Assembly (NCBI RefSeq): GCF_009914755.1
Contig: NC_060928.1
DNA length: 64,000 nucleotides
Strand: one strand, 5' to 3'
From: the human T2T-CHM13v2.0 reference genome, Homo sapiens
The translations under genes and the position numbers were made by a program. The notes under the pieces are model-generated. The model was not told the DNA's origin and did not search any database. It saw only the letters and a program-made list of their open reading frames with translations. Position 1 is the first letter of the stretch; each line of letters starts with the position of its first letter. Positions 1 through 15,029 of the stretch are shown in pieces.

Positions 1-888
1 GCATATATCCTGCCAGAACAAACCCTTCCAAGTTTATCACAATGATAAACCTGAGGCACATCTCACTTGACAAGATACCTAGTAGGCTTCATATGTGAAT
101 ACAGGAGTTTTGGGATCCTTTCTTAATTCCTTTTTCCTTCCTTCCTTCCATCCTTGCTCTTTTAAGATCTGCAAACTACATTGTGGTAGAAATTTTTCAC
201 TTCAAATTTAAGAGTAACAACCCATGCTTCAAGGAGGCAATGTTTGAACCTGTTAAACAATTCTTTTAGGAAGAAACAACCAGCATATTGAAATGAGTCA
301 TTTGCACAAAGGCTAGCAGAACTCATTCCAGAGCACACAGAAGGAGGGAGGAAATGCAAAACAGGACAACCTGTTGAGAGCAAACAGTGGAAGGGACTCA
401 TTGTCTCACCTGGGGAGAAAGAGCCTTTGGCGGATATTTCAAAGAGACTCTAGACAGTGTAGGAACAAATACAGGAACCTGCCATACTGGCTTTGCTGTG
501 GGAGAAGCTAACATTTCAGATTCTTGGTGTTCTCAACTGTAAAATGAGGGGATTAGGCTGGTTCCATCTGGATACCTTAACAGCCAAGAGGCTTGCAGAG
601 GCCCAGAAGTGATAGACTTGACCTAACCACACTGATATTAGGGATTATGGTCATATCTTTTCTCTGAAGCTCAATATCTGCATTATGCTAATCTTTATGA
701 TGCCCAAAAGATCCCCTGGGAATCTGCTTTGACTTTTCCCTAAGGCTTCGGCTTGTACTAAATACAGTGGCTGCAATTAAATGGACTATGGCATAATAAT
801 ACCTCCACTCTGGGTCTGATTTAAGCAGACTTGAGATTCACCTTCAATGATGGAAGTTCTACTTCTGGAGTAATAATTTATCCGGCAG

Positions 889-2081
889 GTGCCATGGTGG
901 TTTGCTGCACCTATCAACCCATCATCTACATTAGATACTTCTCCTAATGCTATCCCTCCCCTAGCCCCCCACCCCATGACAGGCCCCGGTGTGTGATGTT
1001 CCCCTCCCTGGGTCCATGTGTTCTCATTGTTCAACTCCCACTTAAGAGTGAGAACATGCGGTGTTTGGTTTTCTGTTCTTGTGTTAGTTTGCTGAGAACA
1101 ATGGTTTCTAGCTTCATCCATGCCCCTGCAAAGGACATGAACTCATCCTTCTTTATGGCTGCATAGTATTCCATGGTGTATATGTGCCACAATTTCTTTA
1201 TCCAGTCTATCATTGATGGGGATTTGGGTTGGTTCCAAGTCTTTACTATTGTGAATAGTGCTGCAATAAACATACATGTGCATGTGTCTTTATAGTAGAG
1301 TGATTTATAATCCTTTGGGTATATACCCAGTAATGGGATTGCTGGGCCAAATGGTATTTCTGGTTCTAGATCTTTGAGGAATTTCCACACTGTCTTCCAC
1401 AATGGTTGAACTAATTTACACTCCCACCAACAGTGTAAAAGCATTCCTATTTCTCCACATCCTCTCCAGCATCTGTTGTTTCCTGACTTTTTAATGATCA
1501 CCCTTCTAACTGGAGTGAGATGGTATCTCACTGTGGTTTTGATTTGCATTTCTCTAAATGGTGTTGGGAAAACTGGCTAGCCATGTGCAGAAGACTGAAA
1601 CTGGACCCCTTCCTTATACCTTATACAAAAATTAACTCAAGATAGATTAAAGACTTAAACATAAGACCTAAAACCATAAAAACCCTAGAAGAAAACCTAG
1701 GCAATACAATTCAGGACGTAGGCATGGGCAAAGTCTTCATGACTAAAACACCAAAAGCAATGGCAACAAAAGCCAAAATTGATGAATGGGATCTAATTAA
1801 ACTAAAGAGCTTCTGCACAGCAAAAGAAATTATCATCAGAATGAACAGGTAACCTATAGAATGGGAGAAAATTTTTACAATCTATCCATCTGACAAAGGG
1901 CTAATATCCAGAATCTACAAAGAACTTAAAACAAATATACAAGAAAAAAACAGAAAAACCCATCAAAAAGTGGGTGAAGGATATGAACAGACACTTCTCA
2001 AAAGAAGACATTTATGCGGCCAACAAACAAGAAAAAAAGCTCCTCATCACTGATCATTAGAGAAATGCAAATCAAAACCAC
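889..2081 (-). mobile_element. LINE-1 (L1PA7-like), 5'-truncated with 5' inversion; 3' terminus and poly(A) missing
   Basis: 889-1555 is the L1 3'UTR and ORF2 C-terminus on the minus strand (ORF 1031-1549, [15 protein letters not shown]...HRMFSLLSGS). 1556-2081 is the upstream ORF2 sequence on the plus strand (aaatggtgttgggaaaactgg...aatcaaaaccaca). Confidence 0.95.
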
Positions 2082-2280
2082 AAGGAAATAGAATATAAAT
2101 TATAATAGGATAATTAGAATAAAAAGTACACACTAACAAAAATTTTGTCTAAACCCTAATGCCCACAATACTTGATATCTAGTAGATGCTCAATATCAAT
2201 TGAATAAATAAATGAGACAAAATATATTGCATTTTTAAATCTACTACCTACCTCCCCAAAACTCACTTTCCAGAATTATT

Positions 2281-2366
2281 CCCTTTCTTTTTTCCTTTCT
2301 CTCTTCCTTTCCTTTTCCTTCCTTCCTTCCTTGCTTCTTCTCTCTCTCTCTCTCTTTCTTTCTTTC
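2281..2366. repeat. CT-rich simple repeat (expanded Alu tail)
   Basis: (CCTT)n/(CT)n/(CTTT)n run directly adjoining the minus-strand Alu. Confidence 0.85.
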
Positions 2367-2656
2367 CTTTTTGAGACACGGTTTCACTCTGTTCCCCAGG
2401 CTATAGTGCAGTGACTCCATCATGGCTCACTACAAGTCTGACCTCCCTGGGCTCAGGAAATCCTCCCACCTCAGCCTCCTGAGTATCTGGGACTATAGGC
2501 ATGTGCCACCACACCCAGCTAATTTTTGTATTTTTTGGTATAGACAGGATTTGGCCATGTTACCCAGGCTGGTCTCAAGCTCCTATGCTCAAGGGATCTG
2601 CCTGCCTCAGCCTACCAAAGTGCTGGGACTACAGCTATGAGTCACCACACCTGACC
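2367..2656 (-). mobile_element. Alu (AluJ-like)
   Basis: Diverged full dimer; ttattccc on both flanks as a likely TSD. Confidence 0.9.
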
Positions 2657-3419
2657 TTATTCCCCTGTTTTTCAACTAGCCTATCCATAAAGAAAATTGA
2701 GTTATAGACCCCAGGGGCCATGGATCACCCATAAGCTTCAGGCTAGGGGTATTCTGGGCTAATCTGTGCTTACTGGCCCAAATATAAACTTTGAAAGCCC
2801 TTTCCTTTGTTCTGTGCCCATTTATTGGCTCCTAAAGATGTTAGGTGCCCTGCTCTGCTACCTAAGAAGAGATAAATCTCACTGTTTTAAGCCTTCAGCC
2901 TTATGATGACCTACCTCTAAAGGTGGGTTTTAGAGTGACTCATTTTAAAAAGGCACAGAGGTGAGGTCTAACAAACTCATAATTTACTTAGGAAATTTCT
3001 CACCTCCCCCAAGCCAGGTCCCCCTTATGATTTTCTCATTTTTGATCATGATATTTTTATTCTCCTGGCCACACAGGCATGAAACTTCAGAGTCAGCTTG
3101 ACCTCCTCTCTCAAGCTTCTTGCCTATATCTAGCTAGTGGCTATATCCTCTTATTTTGTACCCCCCAAAGTCTCCTACTTTCTTTTGCCATTTCTGGTCC
3201 CATTGGATTTGGAGATTAGAGAAATGACCGCCTACTTGATTACCACATCCCACCACACACACAGACTCACATATAATATACTGCTCTACTAGACTACCAC
3301 TGATATGTGCTATATCAAGAGCATGAATTGCTCATTGGCTCCCAAACTGACATGGGTTTGCTATATTTAAGAAATCAAGATTCTTAACCAAACTTTCCAA
3401 TCTTATCTCTTATTTACGG

Positions 3420-3750
<331 letters not shown>

Positions 3751-4254
3751 TCTCTTATTTACACTTCTATATACACAGTAATTCAATTGAGTGGACTGCG
3801 TGTCTTTGGGGGAAAAAGATCCTAAGTTTTCCCATGTCTATGACTTTCTTCGTACTATTCCACTTACCTGGAATGAACTTGCATAGTCCCAAAATAGATT
3901 ACTAATAACTATTTCTGCCTAAGTTTTAGAAACCCTTTGAAAATATCCTAATTTTAAGTTCCTAGAGGAAAAATTTAATACCTAGCACAGCCTTAATAAA
4001 TAAATCATAATGACCATGATACTGATGGCCTAACACTAATAAACACATAGTTTTGAATACTAGTTAAGTTCTGTTGTAGCTTTTAGGGATTCAAAGCCAT
4101 AGTCCCTGATGCCAAGTTGATACTTAATGGTTGCTTCAAGTGACTGGGGGATCCAGCATTGGCAATCACTTTGAACATCAGGGGTTTTTCCTGTATAAGC
4201 AGGAATTATTTATAGCCATACAAATTAAATTTCAGGGAAGGTGGGGTGGGTAGG

Positions 4255-4510
4255 GAATGACTAACATTATTGAGCACTATATGTATGTATATATGTATAT
4301 GCCAGGGATTGTGCTAAGTACTTTCCACATATATTTATGTCATCTGCATAACAATCCCTATGCAGCATCTAGTAGTATCTCTATCTTCACAGAAGAGAAA
4401 CCTGAAGCTCAGAAAAAGTGTTTATAAATTGCTTAAGAACAAATATCTAATAAATTACAAAGCCAAGATTTGGACCCAGCTGGGCCTGATACCAAAGATT
4501 ATGTTCTTTG
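4255..4510 (-). mobile_element. MIR
   Basis: Core similarity: cacagaagagaaacctgaagctcaga...aaagccaagatttggacccag. Confidence 0.75.
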
Positions 4511-4659
4511 TATGACAAGGAGGACACAGTCTATGGAGCAGACACATAAATAATTAGGTGAATTTGCATTGTAATAAGTGCTGTAACTGAAGTAAATCCA
4601 AAGCAAATGGGCTTTCCATTACCTCAGTGCTTATATTGCAGTTTAAGGTGGAAGCAAAG

Positions 4660-4900
4660 CTGCGTAATGATCAAGATCACCCACAACGGAAACAGGAAGA
4701 GCTTGGTTCAAATGTAGCTCAGTGTGAACTTGAACAAGTGGTTCAATCATTCCAAGCTTCAGTTTTCTTATTCATAAGATTAAAATAATCAAGCTTATTT
4801 TAAAAATAAAATTAAATCATGCATATAATGTCATTAGCACCTTATCTGGAACATAGAACTTACTCAAGAAATTGTAGCTAATTAAATATAATTATCATCA
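4660..4900 (+). mobile_element. MIR
   Basis: gtgtgaacttgaacaagtggttcaatcattccaagcttcagttttcttattcataa. Confidence 0.7.
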
Positions 4901-4999
4901 CTATTCAGTAGCCTCTTTCATCTTTAATACCTCGGCCTCTTCCAAACACCTTTAAAAAGTGTGACTATATTTGCTTATCTATATGTGTGATTTCATTTT

Positions 5000-5840
<841 letters not shown>

Positions 5841-5907
5841 ATTTCCATGACCACTTCCTCTTCAAAATATTGTGTGGTTTCCTAGCTATCTCTGAGGTCT
5901 GGCTAGA

Positions 5908-6078
5908 CTAGTGGTTTCAACTCTGTCTTCACTTAGAAATCACTGGGGAGTTTTAAAAAAATATTTGTTCCTGAGTTATACCCCTAGAAATTCTTGACTT
6001 GGACAAAGGGATTGGTATTTTTGTAAAGCTCCCCAGGTGATTTTCATGTGTTAACTGGGGTAAAAAGGAACTGGTTTA
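5908..6078. mobile_element. MER5-like hAT-Charlie DNA transposon relic
   Basis: ctagtggtttcaac...aaatcactggggagtttt...aagctccccaggtgatttt. Confidence 0.65.
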
Positions 6079-6879
6079 GAATATAAGCTCTGAAAAGCAA
6101 GGGGTACACCTTCCTTATTTACTACTACATATTCTCAGAGTTGAGCAGATGGCTTGGCTCATAATTACTACTCAATATTACATGCTGAATTAATTAATTA
6201 TTAGTTAATTAACATTCAGCTTACAGTCAACCTCATCTTCTTCCTTTCATACTTCTTCCTTTCATACTACATGGCGTACTATGAAGCCAACAGGTTAATT
6301 TTATAGCATCTTTAGAGAAATCACAATAGGCCACTGCTTTGCAAATTTCTGAAAACTACATATCAATGGGAAAAGAATCATTTTCAAACTTCTGAGAAAG
6401 GAAAAATGAGCAAACAATCATTCAGCTATAGTGTTACATTAGTTATGCTGCAGACAATTCACTCTCTGTTTTTCTTTTCACATTACCAGTTCTTCCAGTT
6501 CTTATTTTAATGACTGGTAGAAAGATTCCAAAATTACTTAAGGTGAAAGAAAGATCAGGAGTTTGTCTTGGTTGTAACTGTTGTTGTTTTAAAGATACTG
6601 AGCAAATTTTAACCATGTGGAGGAATGCTATAGAAAGAGAAGGATTTAGGGTATAGTTATACTTCTATTTGTTTGAATTTGACTTTGGCCAAATCCTAAG
6701 AACAGAATGAAAAAAGGTGTATGACTCATACGTGATTGCCACAATTCTACACCTGTAGCTTCAAATAAAAAGGAGTCAAGAATGAGTATCTTCTTGAAAA
6801 AAAAAAAGATAACCAGAGCAAATTTAGGAAATGATGAATATACACTTATTTACTGTACTGTTACTAAGTGAAAATCACT

Positions 6880-7900
6880 AATAATCCAATAGAAAATCAG
6901 AAAAAGACATAAACATACAGTTTGTACCTGAAAAGGCTTTTATACTGATAAAAAAGGGTCACTCTCACTCACAATAGCAAAATTGTAAATTAAAACTAAT
7001 TCTGAGATCTTTTCCTTTAACTCATAAGATTTCCTTTAACTCATAAGAAAATCTACCATAGTGGAGGAATACGAATGCATATATGTTTTGATCAAATAAT
7101 ACCAACTAAGGAAAATTATTGTATAGATACCTTCCACTCATTATGTGAAATATCACATAAAGAACATTACTCATTCCATTATGAGAAAAGATTAGAAGCA
7201 ACTATCCATCATTAGTGAATTCGATGAATAAATTGTATTTATTTAATAAATAAAATGTAATAACAGAATCAAACACTTTGCAGTATAATAGGAAACCACA
7301 GGGACACTACGTATTGATATGGAATGCTAATATATTGTTTAGTGAAAAAATATATAGAATCATTATGTAGAGTATCCTACAATATATATAAAAGAGGGAG
7401 ACCAGGTATGATGACTCACATCTGTAATCCCAACATTGTGGGAGGCTGAAGCAGGAGGATCACTTGAGACCAGGAGTTAGAGAGCAGCCTGGGCAACATA
7501 GTAAGAAAAAAATGTTTTAAAAAATTAACTGGATGTGGTGGTGCATGCCTGTAGTCCCAGCTACTCAGGAGGCTAAGGTAGGAGAATCACTTGAGCACAG
7601 GTCTTACTCTGGGAGGCAGAACAAGACCCTGTTTTTGTTCGTTTGTTTGTTTGTTTCTTTGTTTATAAAAGGAAACAAGAAGGAATATATATTTGTACTG
7701 TAATATTTTATACATGAAAAATTGGGGTCAGATAAATAAGGAACTGGTAAGTAGTTAGCTATTTAGGGGAGGGGATGGGAACTTGGTGGGTGTAAGACAG
7801 TGGGTGGGAGAAACAGGAAGGAAACTTTTCACAAGACAGTTTGTCATATTTTATTGTGTTTGAACAGCATAAATATAGCACATATTCAAAAATCTAAAAA
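6880..7900 (+). mobile_element. Old L1M (L1ME-like) fragment interrupted by an Alu
   Basis: Degenerate L1 ORF2-end and 3'UTR motifs: aatccaatagaaaa...aaaagacataaaca; agcaactatccatc. Confidence 0.5.
7400..7632 (+). mobile_element. Alu (AluJ-like), partially deleted
   Basis: ctcacatctgtaatcccaacatt...gtagtcccagctactcaggaggct. Confidence 0.85.
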
Positions 7901-8255
7901 TTTTGGAAAATCCCTATCAAAAGCCATGGGAAATGCATGTTTTTAAGTAGAAAGTATCCCAGACAGTCTTATATCCCTTATTCTTGCTGTGGAGTTTCAG
8001 AATCAATTCTATTACTTACCAGTTTCGCTAAAAATGAAACTGAAACTCTGCATACTTCTCATATACTTAGTCCTAAAAATAGACTCAGGGAAAAAACTCA
8101 GAAAAAAAACCTTCTCATGATAATTTTCAATATTGATTTTTGTTGCTTTACAGAATTACAAAGTTTTAGATTACACTTAAACATGCACTATTTAAAGCCA
8201 AACAGACCACTGTTGAAAGATATCCAAACCAAGGCATGTGCTTACATGATACTGA

Positions 8256-8735
<480 letters not shown>

Positions 8736-10049
8736 TCAATAAGATAAAAAGTAACTGTGGTTTGCTCATTTGCCTCTTAGCATCTACTACTTTGGGTTAT
8801 CACTTATCTTTGTGCATGGATTCTATTACAAAAAAGTATGGGACTGTTATCATTAGCACTTTGTCCAGTGCAATGCATACGATAGATGCACCATAAAAGC
8901 CTGACCTACCACAGTGAAATATATGGGTTCTAGGGTCTCTGTGACCTTGACAAGTCAAACATTCTTTCTCTGGCTTAGCTCTCAATTTCTTTATCTGGAG
9001 GTGGAGTGCCTAACTTGGGATACCTCACAATGTTGATATAGTGGCCAAATAACACAATAAATGTAAAAGACTTTGGAAAGTATAAATGAAAGTTGTACTA
9101 CTGTTACTGCAATTATGACACAGATATAAACAGATAGGGCAGAGGGGGGAAAAAGCTGATTCCAGAACATGCTTCATGGAGTCTCACTCCTACAGAAGAG
9201 CAAAAGGAAACCTAGGTAGGTTAAGTAACTTGCTCAAAATCAAGTAGCCAGTCAGAAGTAGAAGTGAAGACAAATTCTCATTCACATGTTTTGACTGAAT
9301 GACTCATTTTTCTACTACTTTACTTCTATTACTTGGCCTTGAGAGCCTATGGAAAATGTGAAGGAGAGGGATCACCTGGTTACTCCAGTCATAGGAAGGC
9401 TGGAGAAACATTAAAGAAGTGATCAGAGAAAGCACAAAAGCATAGGAGAGTGGTGATCAAGTCTTAGTTGGGATGGTTATAAGTAGAAGTATAAGAGTGG
9501 AGGGATGTTACGGAAAAGTTTTACTAAGCATTTTTGACCTACCAAGGTCTTTATGGCTTTATCTCATGTAATCATCACAACAATCTAGTCAATGTAATCT
9601 CCATTTTCTAATTGAGGAAGTGAACAAGAAGCAGCTACTAGGTGGCTGAGCTGTGATGGATCTGGAACTGCGTAACTCTGTTCAGGCCCTCCGATTGCTA
9701 TGCCTCATTCCACAATTACCAATAAAGATCATAGAGGATGTCGGCCCAATGGGAGAGTATTAGAGACTTTTTTAAGGGAATATATGCTCAAAATTTACAC
9801 ATTATTTATCTTCACTAAATATTTCCTTTCTAAATTTGTAGAGTAAAATATTAGTAAAAATCTCAAGATGGATTCATGTTGGGTATTTTCTTCTTGAAAG
9901 AGAAAAGACCTTCTTTAAGATGAACACCTTTAGGATCCTCCAACCAGAAGGACCAGAACAGGTGGTTTGAGTCAATGAATAAATGCTATCCCATAGGGGT
10001 CTTCAAATGAAATTAGCCTGGGATATTTCTGTATACCAAGTAAGTTACT

Positions 10050-10290
10050 GAGTAATAATAATATCCAACACATACACAGAACATTCTAAGTACCACGTGC
10101 TATTCTGAGAAGTTGCACATTCATTTAATCCTCGTAACTGTATGAGGTGAGTTCTCTTATTATCTTTATTCTGCAAATGAAGAAACTGAGACACAGAGAG
10201 GTTAAGGAACATGTCCAAGATCAAATGGCTAAAAAGTAGTGGAGCTGGGATTCAAACCCAGGTAGCTTGTTTAGCACTACTCAGTGTTGC
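10050..10290 (-). mobile_element. MIR
   Basis: gaagaaactgagacacagagaggttaag...ggagctgggattcaaacccagg. Confidence 0.85.
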
Positions 10291-10424
10291 AGACTGTGTA
10301 TCACTTTGTATATTCCCTCACCTAGGATTTAATTTAAAAAGCAATTTTTCTGTCTAAAGTGAAGCTTTCAAATTCTGAAGTTAGATAGATAAGGGTTCAC
10401 TTATTAATTAAGTCATTCTAATAT

Positions 10425-10700
10425 TGATTCATTCAGTATATATTATAATCCTACTATGTAACAGGCTAAGTAATAGCAAAAGTAGACATAGCTTCTGCTA
10501 TCTTAAAATTTAAAGTCTAACAAGGAAATACACTTAAATCAAATAATTGCAAATAAATATAAAATTACAAACTCTTGTAAGAACTATGAAGGAAAGATTC
10601 AAAATGTTATGATAAGATTTTTTTTAAAAAAGCATGTAAGAGGTATATGTCCTAGTTGAGGGTGGTGGTTCTGAGGAAATGACCTTTGAACTAGAATTAC
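10425..10700 (-). mobile_element. L2 3' fragment
   Basis: attcattcagtatatatt...ctactatgt...tgaggaaatgacctttgaactaga. Confidence 0.6.
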
Positions 10701-10708
10701 TAATTTAG

Positions 10709-11027
<319 letters not shown>

Positions 11028-12739
11028 TTAGGGTTCTTGAGTTAACATTACTAAACCTTAATTCCCACCTATGAAATAAGGGTAATGGATTGTCCTAAAG
11101 TCTTAGTAACATAATAAATGCAAAGAGGTTATCCCAGCACTCTGTATTTAATAAATGATAGTTATTGGCTTTGTGATATTATTTTTCTCTTTGCCCCTTG
11201 ACAGGTATCCAATTAGAGAACAGGATACAAGGAACATGAAAACTGAGCATAACAGCCATCATAACATTAGAAAGGATGGGAGCAGGAAGAAAATATTTTA
11301 AAAACACTATGGATTTTAATTTGTAAAAAACAGAGTGATTCCAGTGGATTTAAAATTTTTAATAGAGTTAGTAAAATAAGCAGTAACCAAGTGGGAAAAT
11401 AAATGCACATGGGAAATTTAATTATTCGTTAATGTTTTTCTGGCATTTCCAGAATTTTGCCTTGATATTGATTGTGTCTATGGAGAGCATGTTTTTCTGT
11501 GTTTTTAAGTATTTCTTTCAGTGTTATTCCTGGATTGACTGATTAATATGCTCTGACTTTTACCTACAGCTTAATATTGCAGCACGTAGGAGAAAAGGTT
11601 AGGTCGTCTGTAGTTGGTGTAAAGGCCAGTGGAGGTGGGCATTGAGAAGCTATAGCTCTAAGGAAGAAAGATATTTCAGAGCTAATATGTGGATCACAGA
11701 GGGTTTCCAACCTGATTGTTCTCTGCTTCAGCTTAGCGAGAACAAGATGGAAAGCCCTTTGTATCTTCATAAAAACTTATTTACTCCTTCCTGAAATGTG
11801 AGGTATCTCTGGAAGAATTTCCCTGGGGATAGGTTAAGTCCTGCTACATTTTTCTCCCAGAAATTTGCTTATCTTCCCTTGGGGAGAGCACTTCAAAGGT
11901 ACAGAGGACACTTCAAAAAGCCCAGAGCCTCATCCATGACTGGTGTAAACTGATTGAGGTATGCACCCTGCAAATTCCATGAGTACGCAGGCAGGCCAGC
12001 AGGTAGGCGGGATGCTCCTGGGGAAAGGGCTGTGCTGATGTGGACCTGAGCACATTCTTATCCAGAATCCAAACTCCACCTCTCTTGATCTAGGGGAGAA
12101 GAGAGGAACTGTGGATGGAAGAGCAGTAGAGAGTGGGGGCATGGGAATCTATCCAGGCCACATCTGGACTTTAGCTATTATCCCCTATTTCACCCAGCTG
12201 GTTTTGTCCCCACAGAGACAATCACTGCAGTGGCATCTTTCAGGAGTCTGGTTGACTCGGGTACTCTGTAAAAAAGTTCCCTGTCCTTGATTCTTGTACT
12301 CTTGAGCACCATCAGCTCTGGAGTTTCCATCAGTAAAATAGTTGCTTTTCTTTGACTGGTCAGTCTAAAGCTAACTAACAAATGTGACTCACATCCCCTC
12401 TTTTATTCCTTCTGGGATAAATTCTGAAATATGAAAGGGAGCTATGTTACCATGCAAGTGTGACATTAAGTAATGACAGCCCTAAAAAAATCACCATTAA
12501 CTATGAATGGAATTGCCATATTCTCTCTAAATGCAAGGGTGTTTTTCTCATCATCAGGGATGAGCACTAGAGATGTCTCATGTTTCCAGGGTGATTCTGA
12601 GGGGCTGACTTTTCACTTAAAAGGTAAGCTTCATAACTATGATCACATCTTTTCCCATGTAATTAGACAATTGCATCTGACTACTGACTAATGACAACAG
12701 TATTTTTGCTCCCTCCTCTTCCAAGCACACCCACAGACC

Positions 12740-12885
12740 CACAGACTCCAACTTAAGGATAGTTCAACTTCAAAGTTTTCAAATTTACAATGGGTTTGTC
12801 AGAAAGTATCAATGTATTTTCTGTTTATGATATTTTTTACTTATGATGGGTTAATTGAGATGTAACCCCATTATAAGCTCCTGAG
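12740..12885. mobile_element. Tigger-type (MER82-like) DNA transposon fragment
   Basis: tttacaatgggtttgtcag...cttatgatgggttaattgagatgtaaccccattataag. Confidence 0.4.
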
Positions 12886-14030
12886 GAGGCTCTCCCTGGA
12901 GGGATGAGGTGGAGAGTATAAAGACCAGTAAAATAAAAGAGACAGGAATAGAACTTTCCAGGCATAAGGAGGTAATAAATAGAATCACCATGGCAAATCC
13001 GGAACAACTAAGAGAGGCTTTTAAAGGCAAGATTGCCTTCTCCAGAAGCTCATTCTTCAAGTCCCCTCCCCATGCAAGCAAAGAAAGGCATGCGCTGTGA
13101 AAGTTGCATGGGTGAGATACTACTTCATTCAAATTCTTCATCTTAAAACTGCACAGCAAAGAAGATGTCTTTCCCTGCCTAGAATTTAAAAAATGTGTTT
13201 TAAAAATATATTTCCTGTGTACATTTAGTCACTGCATTATTGATCACACCTAGCACATAGTAGGTAGGTAAAGGGTTGTTGGATGACATATATAACGTAT
13301 GGAACACCCTATGCGTTGCTAATTCCTGCTACCATCTCAGAAAAGAGCTTGAATTTTTTGTCAGTTTCAAGCAACGAAAGCCCCTTGTCACGCAGCTCTT
13401 GTGTTTAAGGTCTCCACAAATAGGAAATACCTTCTTGTTTATTTCTTGACCTGTGTGTGACTGTTGTATCTGAAGTTTAGCTCCAGAAATAAAAGAAAAA
13501 AAAATCCACAAACAATTTTTTTTAAAGACTCTCCCTCAATGCTGTTTGCTGCCACCCTTTTTTTTTTTCCCTTGGCTTCCTTCTTTCAGCATGACATCCT
13601 CTCAAACGCTACCTGACAGACTGCTGCAATCACCCTGTGAATGTAAGTAATTTCCTTATTGACAGCCTCCCATTCTCTCTGACATCTGCCAGCACTCCCT
13701 GACACTTGAATAAGCATTAAGACATTAACAGTCTGGCACAGGTTTAAGGGCTGGAATAGTAATGCTTGGCAGGCCTGCTGCACAAAGCCACATGCAAAGA
13801 GACCCCCACTCATTCAACTCTGCTGTCCTTCTGGTTGGAAAATGTGGCAGAGCCCACAGTAAATGCCGATTATTCGCTTGATTGCTCTGGCATTTCAGTG
13901 TCTCCTTAGACAGGCCAGATCATACATTAAAGGAAAAGAAAAGGAAAACACGAAAACGCCTGCTTGTGAGGCAGTGTGAGAAGTGAATGTCAATAAAAAG
14001 GCAGGTCTTTGCTCAGTGAGATGAGTTCAT

Positions 14031-14349
<319 letters not shown>

Positions 14350-15029
14350 AATATTTTAAAGGGATTGACTTCGAATAGAAGCAAAGTTAAGCTCCCCTAA
14401 CATTACAGAACAATTTGCATCATACTTTTTCTTCTGAGAATATCAGATTCTTTCCAAATACTGGCTGGCAAATGCCATCTTTGTGCCATGAATTTCTGAA
14501 AGCCAATTTGTGGATCTATACACAGAAAATTATTAGGAAAGAACACCATAGTAGTCTTTGTTGCTAGAATCTGTTCACTGAGCAATGGCAAAGCTATTAA
14601 CATGCTTGATATTAACCTGCTAAGTGAGTCAGAGAGCTGCTTCCATTCTGTTTTAAGCAGAGCTTGTTTTGGATCAGAAACCTGTAATCTACACAGGTAA
14701 TGCTGAAGTTAACATCAAAATAAGAGGGACAGAGCTGTTTCTGTGAATGCCACACATTTTCTTGAGTGAAATATGAGTCAATATGACTGCACTTGGGAAA
14801 CAAAAGAAGAATTAAAATAGGTCTAACAGAAGGTCAAGGTAGTCTGATGAAAGGGTCAGGAAGATGTTTCCTTTGGGCGTATTCTGTGGCTCATGAATCT
14901 CCTGACATCTTCTGGGGCTAAGAGCCCACATCTTTCTCATTCCTCCATCTGGGCACTGTTAGGACTAGGGGGTGTCACAGAAAATGGTTGCTAGTTGCAC
15001 AGTGATTCCTTCTGCAGATTGTCTTCATT

